Origin: Eremomyces bilateralis CBS 781.70
Taxonomy: Eukaryota
Assembly (NCBI GenBank): GCA_010015585.1
Contig: ML975154.1
DNA length: 64,000 nucleotides
Direction: 5' to 3' (one strand)
Part shown: piece after piece, positions 1 through 12,203 of the stretch
How positions within the stretch are numbered: position 1 is the first letter of the stretch
Layout of the letters: each line of letters begins with the position of its first letter
The notes under the pieces: model-generated
The model's database searches: none
Told to the model about the DNA's origin: nothing
What the model saw: the letters and a program-made list of their open reading frames with translations, nothing else
Translations under genes and position numbers: made by a program

Positions 1-325
1 ATCGTGGTATCCAATTCTTCCCAAGGGGTGTAGAATCACCCTGAAGCTCTAGAACTCGCGCGGCCATTTCACGCAGACGTGCGTGGGTAGGGGGGAATCC
101 TTGAGCGTCACTCTCAAGTATCCAGTCGACTAAAAACCTCTCTTGCACCGGTGTAAGGCGTTGGTTCGATTGTTGAGCTGTAGAGCGCGATTGCATGCCC
201 TTGAGGCGGTTTTGAAGCGTAGCTCGATTGACCTTGAATAGGGCCGCAGCTTCATTTTGTGATTTGCATTGACCGGTCTCTACGGCATGGATAGCCTGTA
301 GGAGTACCTCCTCTGAATTTGACAT
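1..325 (-). CDS. Fot1/pogo transposase, N-terminal HTH_psq and CENP-B-type HTH (partial)
   Basis: Manual translation from ATG at 325 gives MSNSEEVLLQAIHAVETGQCKSQNEAAALFKVNRATLQNRLKG...QRLTPVQERFLVDWILESDAQGFPPTHARLREMAARVLELQGDSTPLGKNWIPR, open to the window edge. It is absent from the ORF track. Confidence 0.88.
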   Translation of the reverse strand, partial: MSNSEEVLLQAIHAVETGQCKSQNEAAALFKVNRATLQNRLKGMQSRSTAQQSNQRLTPVQERFLVDWILESDAQGFPPTHARLREMAARVLELQGDSTPLGKNWIPR

Positions 326-433
326 CGTAATACGATATGGTGGTTGAGATATTACGCGTTTGGTGATGGTGGTGAAGATGGTGATACTGGCCAAGTAGGT
401 GGTTGGCCAACAGGCAGGGGTTCGAACTTACGT
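1..433 (-). mobile_element. Fot1/pogo-family DNA transposon, left end (runs off the window start)
   Basis: The minus strand reads TA|ACGTAAGTTCGAACCCCTGCCTGTTGGCCAACC: a TA target dinucleotide at 434-435 and an ACGT terminus typical of fungal Fot1/Pot2-like TIRs. A transposase ORF starts about 110 bp inside. Confidence 0.8.
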
Positions 434-688
434 TAGTTAGTTAGCTGTCCTGATTAGCTTAGCTCCTTCCTGATCCCTGCGATCCCCGCCGCTATCGTCC
501 CAGTCCAACGGCCCGGTATCTCTTCATCCCTTCGCCTGTTGCATTGCCTATCTTCATTCTTTCTTTGCAACACCAGAACTATTCTCTCTACGATCGAGCA
601 CGAAATATTTAAGCATCACGAATTCACGATTCCCGTCGATCCAACACCTTAATTTTGAAGAACCCCGGACCCCAAGGAATTGCCCGCC

Positions 689-1357
689 ATGCGGGGTTGG
701 GTGGGGTGCAACTGCGGTGTGGAGTTTTATGTCTACAAACAAGAGGACATCGCAGACCACTTGAGGGAGTGTGGTTATGGAGTCCCTTGTGAAGGATGTT
801 TTCTAGGCTTTGACTCTAGACCTGGGTTGGCACAGCATCTTAAACTGAACAATGGGTGCCGCACTTGCCACCGTCATTTTAGTACTGAGAATGGCCTCAG
901 ACAGGTACGGTAGACCCTACGAAGGATACCCATCATAAGATTCGCGTGCATGCTAATGACTGCATTACGCTAGCATGAACAAGTGCACCTACCCCGAACC
1001 GTCGAATGCTTCAAGTGTAACGAGAAATTCATTTCATTTTCCGCAATGATCCTTCACTTAGAGCAGGAGATCTGTTGGCAGGATCCGAATCATGAACTTG
1101 AACATGCGGCGGCGACCTGCTTTCAATGGCGTCGCTTTGTTGAAAGGTCTTCCCGAATCGAGCTGTTGAATGGCGTTGTGGACGGCAACCCATTCTACTG
1201 TGAACGTTGCTACAGAACATTCCCATTTCTCTCAGCGTTGTTCCAGCATGCCACGTTTAGCAACCAGTGTGATGCGAGCATTGACGACGGCGCATTGGCG
1301 AAGTTGGTGCGTTGGCTCGAATTGGTGATTGAATACGGCTACGTCAGCAAGCGCTGA
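689..1357 (+). CDS. C2H2 zinc-finger protein (2 exons, intron 905-973)
   Basis: Repeated CxxC...H..H motifs (CRTCHRHFSTENGLRQ|HEQVH; CFKCNEKFISFSAMILHLE; CERCYRTFPFLSALFQHA). A GTACGG...GCTAAT...TAG intron joins the two ORFs in frame. Confidence 0.85.
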
Positions 1358-3120
1358 AGTTGATCCATGGAAATTGCATCCATTAGGAGCTTAGGAAGGG
1401 GTTTCAAAGTTTGTTCATGCTTGTTTCGTTCTAGGATACCTCTGGGGAAGTCTGCTCTGTCTGAACCTCGGTGCTCTTGTTGCAAATTCCATACCCTATC
1501 ACCTTTTCATGTACTCGGAAGAGTTCTTTGGACTCGGAGGATAGTCTTGGTGTCGCGTGCTCGCAAATGATGCTAAGAAGACGAGGAGGGAGTGTTTAGG
1601 TGAAAATGGAATCCAAAACCAAAAGATTCGAAGCATAAGAGGATCTTTGAGCGAGTAGGGAGGAAGGATTCGGTGTATTTTCTTGATTCCCCTGTACGGC
1701 ATTGATAACCAATGAGACTGTCTCAAAGTCCTTTTCATTCCATCCTTCCAACACACTGTACCTGTCACACGGAGGTCACCTGACTTCAGTGTGTGTTGGG
1801 TCACGTGGTTTGTGTTTGCTCGGAGATGTCTATCTCTATCTCTTCACGCTGTATTTTAGATAGATCCAATACATCGCTCTTCTCTCTGATACGTGATCTT
1901 TGCTCGATTGGAGTATTCTCCACAGCACCAATTTCATGCTCAAATAATCCCAATTCCCGGTCTCTGGTGCATTGTTCTCTATGTCAGTGGGCGACTAATT
2001 CTATTGTAGGGGATAATAAAGAATTATGACAAAGGGAGTTTTGTACTGTCCTGCGACCTTAGAAGAACCCATCGCCCTAGTTGCCCACCTGTTGCATACG
2101 TGAGCATAGAAATCTCGACACATTCTACTCTAAGACCAGGGCCATTTCCCCTTCCCCTCTCTTCGTTTGATTTCATCCCCTGCAGGCACCTTAATTCCTT
2201 CCATGTCAAGTTTGTTGAGCGGCACATATCATCGCCCCTGAAAGGACGATCTCCGGTTCACTAATCTTTATTCCGACCCTCTTGTGGGCTCAGAAGAACT
2301 CATCCCTATATATTCCCTCCTCATGCAAGTGAGTCTACATACCATCCAGCTCGTTGAGGACGGTTCAGTCAGCGTGGTCGCTGGTGTCCGCATTCGGAGC
2401 CTTCTCGCTAATCACATCCTGAATGCCGTCAATCTGCCAGAGGACGCTTAAGCCATTGCCAGCGCCTCCCCCGGATAGCGTCCTGTTCTATTCTTTATAT
2501 CTCAACTTCTTACCCAAGACATCCAGCTCGTATTGGGCTTCCGATTCTAATTTTCTGCGTGGGGCGCCGATCGCGTGTTCCTGAAATCGTTCTGTGATTT
2601 CTGTCCCATTGCCATATGTTGGGATTGATTGGATTCGGGAGAGAAGCTGGAGTTGAGGAGCGAGCGAAGAGAAACATCGGCCTACTCGAGCTAGGGGCCT
2701 GGGGGTGGCTCATCGATTCGCGAGGTAAATCTATTCATTCGGACCACGTTGGTTGCACTCACTTTGAGATACAGAAGAAGAATTATGCCAAATCAAGATA
2801 TATTTTCAGGCATTCTGTTCGTAATTGTTGGCTCCTGTACCGCGATTTCAGGCTGTTGATTATTTTCGAGAGGGATATCTATTGAGTGGTGGTCCCCCGG
2901 CTGTGATCATGTGAACCAGGCAACCTGTCGAGCATCAAGAGGGTTCCTTCGCGGTTAGTATCCTACATAGTATGTGTCCAGAATGGAGAACATGGCTACG
3001 TGGCGCTCTCGACGCAGTCCTCAACCTCTTGTTGGCTCCGCTTGAAGATTGAAGAGAGAGAAGGAAGAAATCTCCCAGCGCCTCCGTGCGCAAGATATAA
3101 ACCCTTCTCTCTGCTATCCT

Positions 3121-3172
3121 AACATAGCTCAACATAGCTCCTTAACACAGCTCCGTCCTAACACATAGCTCC
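3121..3172 (+). repeat. Short degenerate tandem repeat (AACATAGCTC, about 4 copies)
   Basis: aacatagctc aacatagctc cttaacacagctc cgtcctaacacatagctcc. Confidence 0.7.
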
Positions 3173-3421
3173 CATATGACTATCTCCTTGATAATCCTCC
3201 ATGCCATCCACTAGCTACATCCCTGGCGTCAGCCATATAGGTACTCAAGGGCCCAGGCCACAGGCCCGGGACCATAACATTGAGGGTAAAAATGAAATCG
3301 AATCACAGCGTCCTCAACCCAATTCCACTAATTCCACTGATTGCTCGTCTCAACGTTCTGTCATGTTTCGACCCTCCGAATCTGACTGAGATTTTGTCTC
3401 AACTTCCCTGGTCGGCCAAGT

Positions 3422-4689
3422 CTAGGAGATTTCTCTGTCATCTTCGTATTCATTTGTGAATTTAAGAAACCACGTCTTTGAAATCCCCAGGAATGTCCGA
3501 GCTATCACTATCATTATCTTGGGGTACCCTTGCCCTGTCGCTGGGGCCAGCTGCGTCTGAATTACCCCAGTTTCGGAGAGGGCGACCATGTCCTTGCATA
3601 ACTTCCAGATAAACTCGTTCGTGGCGTTTGAAAACTCCTTGTCTGTCATCTCCTGCATATTTTCAACGGCAACGGTAAGGCTGTATTCGTCTCCAGTTGT
3701 GGCGAAGTCTCTCACAATCACCCCATCCACTGTGGTGGAAACAATATGCGTCCTGCCAGGACATGGGTATTACCTTCCGGTCAACCGACGATTAGACTGA
3801 AATTTTCTCAAACATGGCTGACTTGGAGCCTTGAGTGTACTTGGGGTTTTTGAGAGTGATGTGGAATATATCTTGCACTGGAGAGATTTTATTTGGTTCA
3901 GATAGGGTGCGTCCCGGCCATTCCTTGCCGGTCGGTTAGCAAATGGAAACATGCTGGGTGCGACATTGAACGCTAGTTCCACAAGGTTTTCAAATTATAA
4001 TGCGTCATATGTGCCTCTCTTTGCTTCATCCAGGTCAGTAAACATGCAACTACACCTCGACGATAAGTTGTACTAACGATTCTGGGGTGTCCCAAACTGA
4101 TGAACATGGAAATATATTGTTCGTGATCCACAACTGCGATATAGTTTATCCATTTCTCCTGGGAGAGATCAGGCGCTGATGACAGCACTGAAATGGTATC
4201 TGGGTACATGTGCTCGGAGGATGATGGAGGCTGAAGACTGGGCCTAGCGCACAAATTCCCATCTTCCTCTGCGAACGAACTTCAATATTTCAATGTATTC
4301 CTTATTAGGCCTATCTTCTTTCTACTAACGTCGCTGTCTCTTGCGCGGGCTAAGTCCTTTCCAAGCATTTGAAGCCGTCTCTGCTGCAGCACGCTTAGGA
4401 CGCTGTCTACGCACATCCCCAGACCCAAAAAGAGGATTTTGAGCATCGACTTGTGTAAATTTTTCGGCGTAGAAAGCTTGCATATCTCCAAAGTGATAAT
4501 TCCATGCCATTGTTGGGGTGCAGGAAGCATATATTCCGCTTGTAGCGAGAGCCATATTCCGTGCTTCAGGTCGTAGTTTCGGATATCCAGCGCCGCCAAA
4601 AGCAAGAGAAAAGGCCAAAGACCCGACGGCATGTAACAATGGGCCTTAGCCAGACGGGTGCCTTGGATGTCCGACAAGCGAAGAGACAT
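3422..4689 (-). pseudogene. Probable degenerate gene of unknown function
   Basis: Consecutive minus-strand protein-like ORFs (4689-4282, 4254-3973, 3730-3422). The first two are in the same frame and separated by one TGA at 4282-4284. No family recognised. Confidence 0.35.
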
Positions 4690-5473
4690 CTCGATGTGCG
4701 GGGCGATGAGGAGCGAAAGGCCAAGATTAGGAAGGCACAGCGGGGATGGGGGCGGGAAAAAGAGAAGGGAGCATCTTCCATACAGGAATTACCCGTGGAG
4801 GAGGAGAATTTGGGATTTAATTTTAATGCGTTGCCAGAATTCGAGTAATACGTCTCAGATATCGAAATTGAAAATATGGTATTGGTCCACCCACACCTTC
4901 GGGTTCGGTGTGGGTCCAAGGGGTTAGGGGCCTGGGGCGGTGGGGCCAAGGGCCACGGGGCACGGGCCACGGATACCCGGATAGTGTACTCGGGCCATTT
5001 ACCCCTGTCGACGCCCCGCAAGATTGCCACCGTACCAAGCCGGACTAGAAATCCTTAACAAGCTTAGAGTATCCCTCTGTGACTATTAATGATGTTGCAT
5101 TAGAGTATCTCAGCCGTCACAAACAGGGAGGTTTCGTAATTATTATTAGCCCTAAATTGGATCTACATGGTACATATATTAACGGCTTAGGGGATAACAG
5201 TAACTAGTTGAATGGGCGGAGTAATCAAATAGAGCCTTAGGAGCTGTTATAGGCCTTGAAGAGGGTGGTTTACGGGTTGCCTTATTGCGGTGACCTGCAT
5301 TCGTTTAACTTCCCGAGTCCTACTTCTACTCGCCTTCCGCTCTCGTCCTATACTCTGCTCGTTGCTGGTAAGAATGATTTGAACTTCCATAGTCAAGAGC
5401 CATTCAGCGTTGTGCTTCTGATTTTTTTCTCTTCATATCCTCAACTCGAGCTTCCTAGTTTGCTGCAGTCAGG

Positions 5474-7208
5474 ATGGCTATCGCATTATCCCCAGGCCTT
5501 GTCGCCCTTCTCGGTATCGCCATTGTATACGTGATCAGTCGCCTGGTACGATCGGAAAACCATGGCCTGCCGCTACCTCCGGGTCCCAAAGGCATCCCGA
5601 TTATTGGAAATGTGAATGACCTGCCAAAGCCCGGAATGCTTGAGTGCGACCATTGGCTACAGCATAAAGATCTTTATGGCCCAATCAGCTCTATTACAGT
5701 ACTGGGTCAGACCTTTGTGATCATCAATGATGCGCAAATCGCACTTGAGCTCCTGAGAGACCGGTCGGCTATTCACTCTGCTCGCCCACACATGGTCTTC
5801 AGTAGTGATATGTATGCTTAACCTAACGACAAATATAATTGCACAGATTACTGACGAAACGTCTAGGATCGGATGGAAGAATACACTTGCTTTCAGCGGC
5901 GACACAGACACCTTCAAGCTTCATCGAAAGAACCTTGCCAAGGTTGCCGGCAGCCGTGTCGCCCTCTCGGTGTTCGATCGCGCTCAGGAGGAAGAAGCCG
6001 TTCACTTTCTTCTTAATGTACTAGATTCTCCAGAGAATTTATTTGACCATATTAAAAAGGAAGCTGGTGCAGTTATACTGAAAATTACTTATGGCTATAC
6101 AGCTGAGGCGCACGGAAAGGACCCTCTGGTTGATATGGCTGGCAAGACTATGCACGAATTCGCTGATGCAACAGTACCTGGAAAGTGGGCTGTGGATATC
6201 ATGCCTTTTTGTAAGTACCTACAAGCAGACGTATACGACATGTCTGACAAAACAAAGTGAGATATGCGCCCGATTGGTTCCCTGGTACTGGATTCAAGGA
6301 CACAGCTCGTCAAATGGCTGCTCAATTGAATCGAACTACGGAGCAGCCCTACCAGTTCGTCAAGCAGCAAATGCGCGAAAAGACGCACAAAATATCCTTC
6401 CTATCTCAGGCCATTGAGGATGTTGGCTCCGATGAGATGGAGAATATTCATAAGTGGTCGGCGTCTTCAATGTACTTGGGCGGCGCTGACACGACTGTTT
6501 CCTCCATGATGACCTTTTTCCTGGCTATGACTGTATTCCCGGAGGTGCAGAAGAAGGCTCAAGAGGAGCTCGACCGTGTTACTGGAGGCAGCCGACTACC
6601 TGTTAGCGCTGACCGCGAAAGGTTACCATATATCGAAGCAATTGTGACAGAGACACACCGCTGGCACCCTGTTGGTCCTATGGGTTTGCCCCATTCCAGC
6701 AATAAGGAAGATACCATTCGGGGATACAGAATCCCGAAGTGCGCGATCCTACTTACAAATACCTGGTAATACCCACACTCAAAATCCTTGCGTCTACTAA
6801 CGAGACTACAGGTGGTTCACGCACGACCCCTCCGTCTACCGCTCACCCATGACCTTCTTCCCAGAACGATTCCTCGACACGCCCACCCATAAAGCCGAAC
6901 CCGATCCGCGCACCTGGACATTCGGGTACGGTCGGCGTGTATGCCCCGGCCGCTACATAGCCGATAACGCGCTATTCCTCACCATCGCCCAGTCGCTGGC
7001 GGTGTTCAAGATTAAAAAACTGGTCGAAAATGGCAAGACGGTGGAGCCGGAACTGAAATTCGAACCAGGTATTGTGTCACACCCTATCCCGTATCGCACT
7101 TCGATTAATCCAAGATCGGATATGCATACGAAGTTGATCAGGGCGGCGGAGAAGGAATATCCGTGGGAGAAGAGCGATGCGAAAGCTTTAGAAACTGTGA
7201 AATGGTAA
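5474..7208 (+). CDS. Cytochrome P450, OrdA-like/CYP64-clan (4 exons; introns 5812-5866, 6211-6257, 6766-6811)
   Basis: N-terminal membrane anchor plus LPPGP hinge, I-helix GGADTT, ExxR (ETHR), PERF and heme motif FGYGRRVCPG. Canonical GT-AG introns with branch points restore the frame. Confidence 0.95.
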
Positions 7209-7276
7209 ATGGCAGCCGCGTTCGCTGGATTCCTGGTGTACTGGACGACTTTATATGTGACCACGCTTAGATTTAG

Positions 7277-8690
7277 ATGACCGTGGTGCGAATCGACAAT
7301 CTGTTTTTAAATCCAGAGAGTGAGTTTTTGCGTGGAGGCAGCAGATATAGTGGATACACATCCACTAGTTACTACAAAACTACCATAACTACTCAACAAC
7401 AAATAATTTCAGACGCAAACGATATATTATCTGAAGAAGAATGGATTGACGAGGCCGAAGATACCCCCTCCAACTTCTCTCTTCCTTACACCGATCATGA
7501 TGCTACGAATACTACACCGAAAGCCTAAAATAAAGCAACTCAGGCCTGCTATACCCAAATCATGTCAATATTAAAGAAGAGACATTTTTCTAGGAAACAG
7601 TTCCTCCTTTATATGATCGATAACCAGGCAGGGTAAAGGAAGATTGGAAAGCACCAACTTGCAGAAGGGTTTCTTTTTGATCTTCTCCTTGATCCTGACA
7701 CGCAAACCCATATCATTAAGCATAGGCCTAAGCGTATTCTTTCTATTCTTCGACACATCTTTACCCGCATCATCTCAGATGAATTTGAACAACTGATGCG
7801 AGACGAGTCTCAATCTTTTGGGGTACGGGATGCTGATAATGCCCCTGGGAATATTGGAAGTACGCATCAGATCATCCGACATAGGGCGCCATTATTCTTC
7901 TCTCTTGTTGAATCAGTTGCCCAGCCCCTGAGCAAAACCAAAAAATTTGGCCAGAAACCTCATCATGGACTCACTACAATGATAGCGTCCTCGTTGGCCT
8001 TTTCCCGGCATAAAAAGCTATCAAATAAGCTTCCTAGGAGAATTGGGATTACATTACAAGATGGAGGTCTGTCTCGCAAAGGTCTAACGTTTATCTCCAT
8101 GCCTTTGGGATTACTCCTACATATGATACGCTCCGAGTTCCTACTCAGGAGACAATCAGCACAGAAAGGCATTTTTCTACAATCATGTAGTACTATATTC
8201 CAATTTTCTAACCACATCTAGCGTAGCCTTAACTAAACAGTTTGCAAAATATCCTGGACTGGCCGTTGCAATGGACAATTGTGATGGGCATGAGCGACAA
8301 CCTTATCAGCGGATTGGGAATAGAGGCGAAATGTTCAGCTATACATCTAGAATTGCAGTAGTCTGTCCTCGGATACCTGAACATGGCCTTGTATAGACAA
8401 TGCGGATACCATTTACTATCCGGCCTCCAGATTTCTTCAACTTTAATAGAGTCTAATTACCTGGTACTTTAGGTATCCAAAAACAGAACGCCTTCTTCCT
8501 AATCCGGAAGGCAATTGAATTAGCCTTCCCTGGCGCAACTCGACAATTGAAGGCGAAACGGACTAAGCTTCCTGGGTTTCCAACAATCGACCGACTCCGA
8601 GCAGAGAAGACAGTGAAGAATAACCTTAGATCCATACCAGTCAATCAGTCTACTACAAATGGGAATCATTAAATTCTCGAGAAGGTATTC
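7277..8690 (+). pseudogene. Decayed DUF6589-type (transposase-associated) gene relic
   Basis: Frame-broken segments SLAFSRHKKLSNKLPRRIGITLQDGGLSRKG / YLHAFGITPTYDTL / AVAMDNCDGHERQPYQRIGNRGEMFSYTSRIAVVCPRIPEHGL / FPTIDRLRAEKTVKNNLRSIPVNQSTTNGN follow the motif order I recall for fungal DUF6589 proteins. There are many stops and the DNA is AT-rich. Confidence 0.6.
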
Positions 8691-9180
8691 TTAGGTTTTT
8701 TCAAGTTTAATATCGAGATAGTATGGCACTACGGACTGAGGTAGTTGGAGTTGAAGGATGGATGGCTCGCGAAAATTGATGTCCCTGGAATCCACCCTGC
8801 GCGTGAATGCGGCGCCCCCCGACAGTCTCTCTACCATCTCCTTGCATTTTGCCCGCAGCGGACCGACCAGAGAATCGCGCTCCTCCAATGAGCTGGAACA
8901 ACGGACTTTAAGAGGATACTGCATGAGAGGGACAAGGTGCGTCATGCAGCAAGGTGGCTGATCGATGCGGGAGATCTAGAGCAATACCGGGTGGCCAAGG
9001 AAGTTGAGAAGGAGGTAATAGAGGACTGGAAACCGTTCCAGCTCCTCCACGGTGTGCTAGAATAAGCTCTCCGCGTAGGCGGAAACACCGACTAGTACGG
9101 AAAGATGATAAACTTTTGAGATAGTCTACTAAAGGGAGGAGGCAGGATTTTATGTACCCCCAGTCTCAGGGCTACGGGGA

Positions 9181-9270
9181 AACTTTTGCCCGCGGCAGAC
9201 CAGATAGAATGCCGTGCTCATAGACCCGAAAGGGATCCAGATAGTATGTTAAATTGATTCTTATTATTAT
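9181..9270 (+). repeat. 90-bp dispersed element, copy 1 (LINE 3'-end-like, TTA tail)
   Basis: 89/90 identical to the reverse complement of 48312-48401; ends in GATAGTATGTTAAATTGATTCTTATTATTAT. Confidence 0.9.
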
Positions 9271-9963
9271 TAATATCGAGACAGACTTCACTGAACGCCT
9301 CTTCCTGGTATATGGAGATGCTAAAACAGTCAGACTTCTCCGGAGCTGCATCAAAGAGCGTGCTGACTCTTAAAGGCCCTTTTACGCCCATATTTAAGTT
9401 CTGCATGCATTTAATAGTCGCGGAGACCCTGATTTACTCAAAACGAACGAAAAAGTAAAGAATGAGGGGCTGGCAATATCGCGGGACGCATGATGCGCTA
9501 TCATAGCTGGGAACACGGGAGTCAATGTAGGAAACCGGAAGACGCCGAAAAACAGTGACCTCCCGATCTCTGACAGGATCCTCCTTGTCACGTGCATTTC
9601 AGCAGCTGACAATACCATAATTACTAGCGAGGCTTGGATTGGAACTTTATTTTGACTTTAATGTCGCTTCATCCCCTTGACTTCATGCCTCTTTTCGGAC
9701 TGTACACTGACTTGAGGGTCTAGTCTAGTTGTCTCATGTCTGGCATCAGCAAGTCCGAATCTTATCCCCTTTATCGAAAGCCGTGCTGTGATATCATCGT
9801 CAGTCTCAAGAAGATACTTTGCTGCTTGCCTAGGGTTTGGAAGACCATTTATATTGCTGAATCCTAGACTCCTAGTTAACCCTGCTTCGATGTATTGGAT
9901 TCTGATATTCATTTGATCCTGACGAATATCCACCGTGGCCACAGGGACCAAGAGATTGTGCCA

Positions 9964-12203
9964 TGCCATCTCAAGTCCCCAACCCGGCAGAGCGATGCTC
10001 AGCTTGCAACAGTATTGACCGCATTCTTCAAGGAGTCGCCCCGTCTTGGGATTATCGCTTTTATAGGAGCCTCCCTCTGGCGGAGTTGGCAGAGTCTGCT
10101 CGAGCGAGTGGGTGTCGAGGCTGCGAAATCCTTCGTTCTGCTGTCACATGTTGTTTCAATCGCATTGATCCTTCAATGCTGATGATTATTGCGCCAGCTA
10201 TCCAAGCCTAGAAGCCATACACCGAAGGATTTGCTAAGCTGGATGTTATTGTCGGGAAAGAGCACCTCAACCTTGAAATCTTCCGCACGAGTGGTAACTA
10301 TTGCCCTTCTGGGTATGGTGTACGTTGCAACTAATATTGCTGTAAAGATACTTCTGATTATACTGGAACATCAGTGTTTCCACGGATCTCGATGCATACA
10401 TTTGGACCAGAAAGCATGTCATGGGTGGATTCGCACCTAAAGACTTGCGTGGCCGAGCATAATAATTGCATATGCGAGGACTCCCCTCTTTTACCTACTC
10501 GTGTTTTGCATATTCAACCTAGAGAAGGTATTAATGGTAACCTTCATGTCTGTCTTCATCAAAGTTTGCCGAATGAGCGCGGAGAATACGGTTGCTTGAG
10601 CCATTGCTGGGGTACAGAGGACCTGGGCCATCTATGCTTGTCGCATCGGAATATAACAAGCTTCAAAACCGAAATCCCATGGTCTGATATACCGAAAACC
10701 TTTCAAGAATCCATTCAACTTGCCCATAATCTGGGTTTAGAGTACCTATGGATCGACTCCCTTTGTATCATCCAGGATGATTCACAAGATTGGCAAACTG
10801 AATCAGGGAAGATGTGCTTTGTTTATCAAAATTCGTACCTCACGATTGCAGCTACATCTGCTCCCGATGGCACCGGTGGCCTATTCCACACTACCGACGT
10901 CGATCACCAGGGTTATGAACTAACCATAGGTGACAACAATAACAGTGGGTCATCCAGCTTGTACGTCCGCCGATCGCTTCCGCATAGGATATTCGAGAAT
11001 GCGAGGACGATGCAGCATGTCGAGAAACAGGGATATCCCCTCCTAACCCGTGGCTGGGCTCTTCAAGAACGACTTTGTCGGACATCAGCGGTCTACTTAG
11101 TCATCCCATTCTGTACATTACGTAAGCCTGGGTATATCTACCCTGCGATGTATCCTACCTTTACACAATACAAGCATCTCACTGCCTCTGAACAGGTATC
11201 CTATTGTTTCCGTGATTGATTGACACGCCAAAACGATCAACAGACTTCTATCCCCACGTACGCTGCATTGTACCCGAGTCGAGCTTATATTCGAATGTTC
11301 TGATGGAATTTCATGTCAGTGCTATCCAGATTCCGTACATAGGAAACTGAATCGCACCTCTTCCAAAGAGTATCACACACACTGTGTGACGGACCCTCGG
11401 GCAGAATATTTCACTCCGACGAGGTGGTGGCTCCTGACGCAGGAATATACACAGCTTTCGCTCAGTTTCCCGAGTGATCGATTGCCGGCGTTGTCGGGGC
11501 TGGCGCAGCTTTGGTCCCTGCGGAAAACGTGCGCTTATTTTGCAGGATTGTGGAAGGACTCTTCCATAAAAGACCTTCAATGGTTCGTCCATCAAGAGAA
11601 CAGAACACTGCAGCCAAAGGAGTGGTGGGCACCCTCATGGTCCTGGGTGGCCGTGGATAGCCATATTAGCTACTCGTTTGCCGACCCATACTTTTTTGAG
11701 GAATGCTGCACTGTCGTCGATATCGAATGCACGTTGGAAGGTCCCGATCCATATGGGAGGGTGATATCAGGGCGTGCCGTTCTATGTGGTAAACTTATCG
11801 AAGCCGAACTGGAGATAGGTGCAAATGCAGATGAAAATGGACATAAAGACCACGTCCACTCTGTCTCTTTGGGATCGGCCAATAGGACACCATTGCAGCC
11901 CGATGGATATGATAAGCAGCAGCAGGTTGGATATTCCTTGTTCTTCATGGACCATGACCCGAATTTGGAGCCTTTTCGATCCAAGACGTCCCCTGACACC
12001 CAGCAGGTGTATTGCTCCAACTGAGTCGACGGCTTTTTGAGCATTCTATCGAGTTCCTCGGCCCTAAAATGCACACTTTTACGCTGGTGCTAAGGTGCCT
12101 CGACCCGTCCGCGCAACTGTACGAGCGGATTGGAGCCATTTCTGAATCTCAGCCTGTCGATACTGAAATGTTCTCAGCCTGCAAGGATCAACGACAATTA
12201 TGA
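9964..12203 (+). pseudogene. HET-domain (heterokaryon incompatibility) gene, inactivated
   Basis: HET motifs LPTRVL, YGCLSHCWG, IPKTFQESI, YLWIDSLCIIQDD, MCFVYQNSYLTIAA, LLTRGWALQERL|LSPR, DRLPALSGLA, APSWSW. Lesions are an in-frame TAG at 10209-10211, a solo LTR at 11076-11242 and a frameshift near 12014. Confidence 0.9.
11076..11242. mobile_element. Solo LTR (167 bp) with 5-bp TSD GACTT
   Basis: TG...CA ends flanked by GACTT at 11071-11075 and 11243-11247. Removal restores QERL-LSPRTLH in frame. Confidence 0.9.

Noticed and set aside
4921..4930. Telomeric TTAGGG
   Set aside because: Single unit only.
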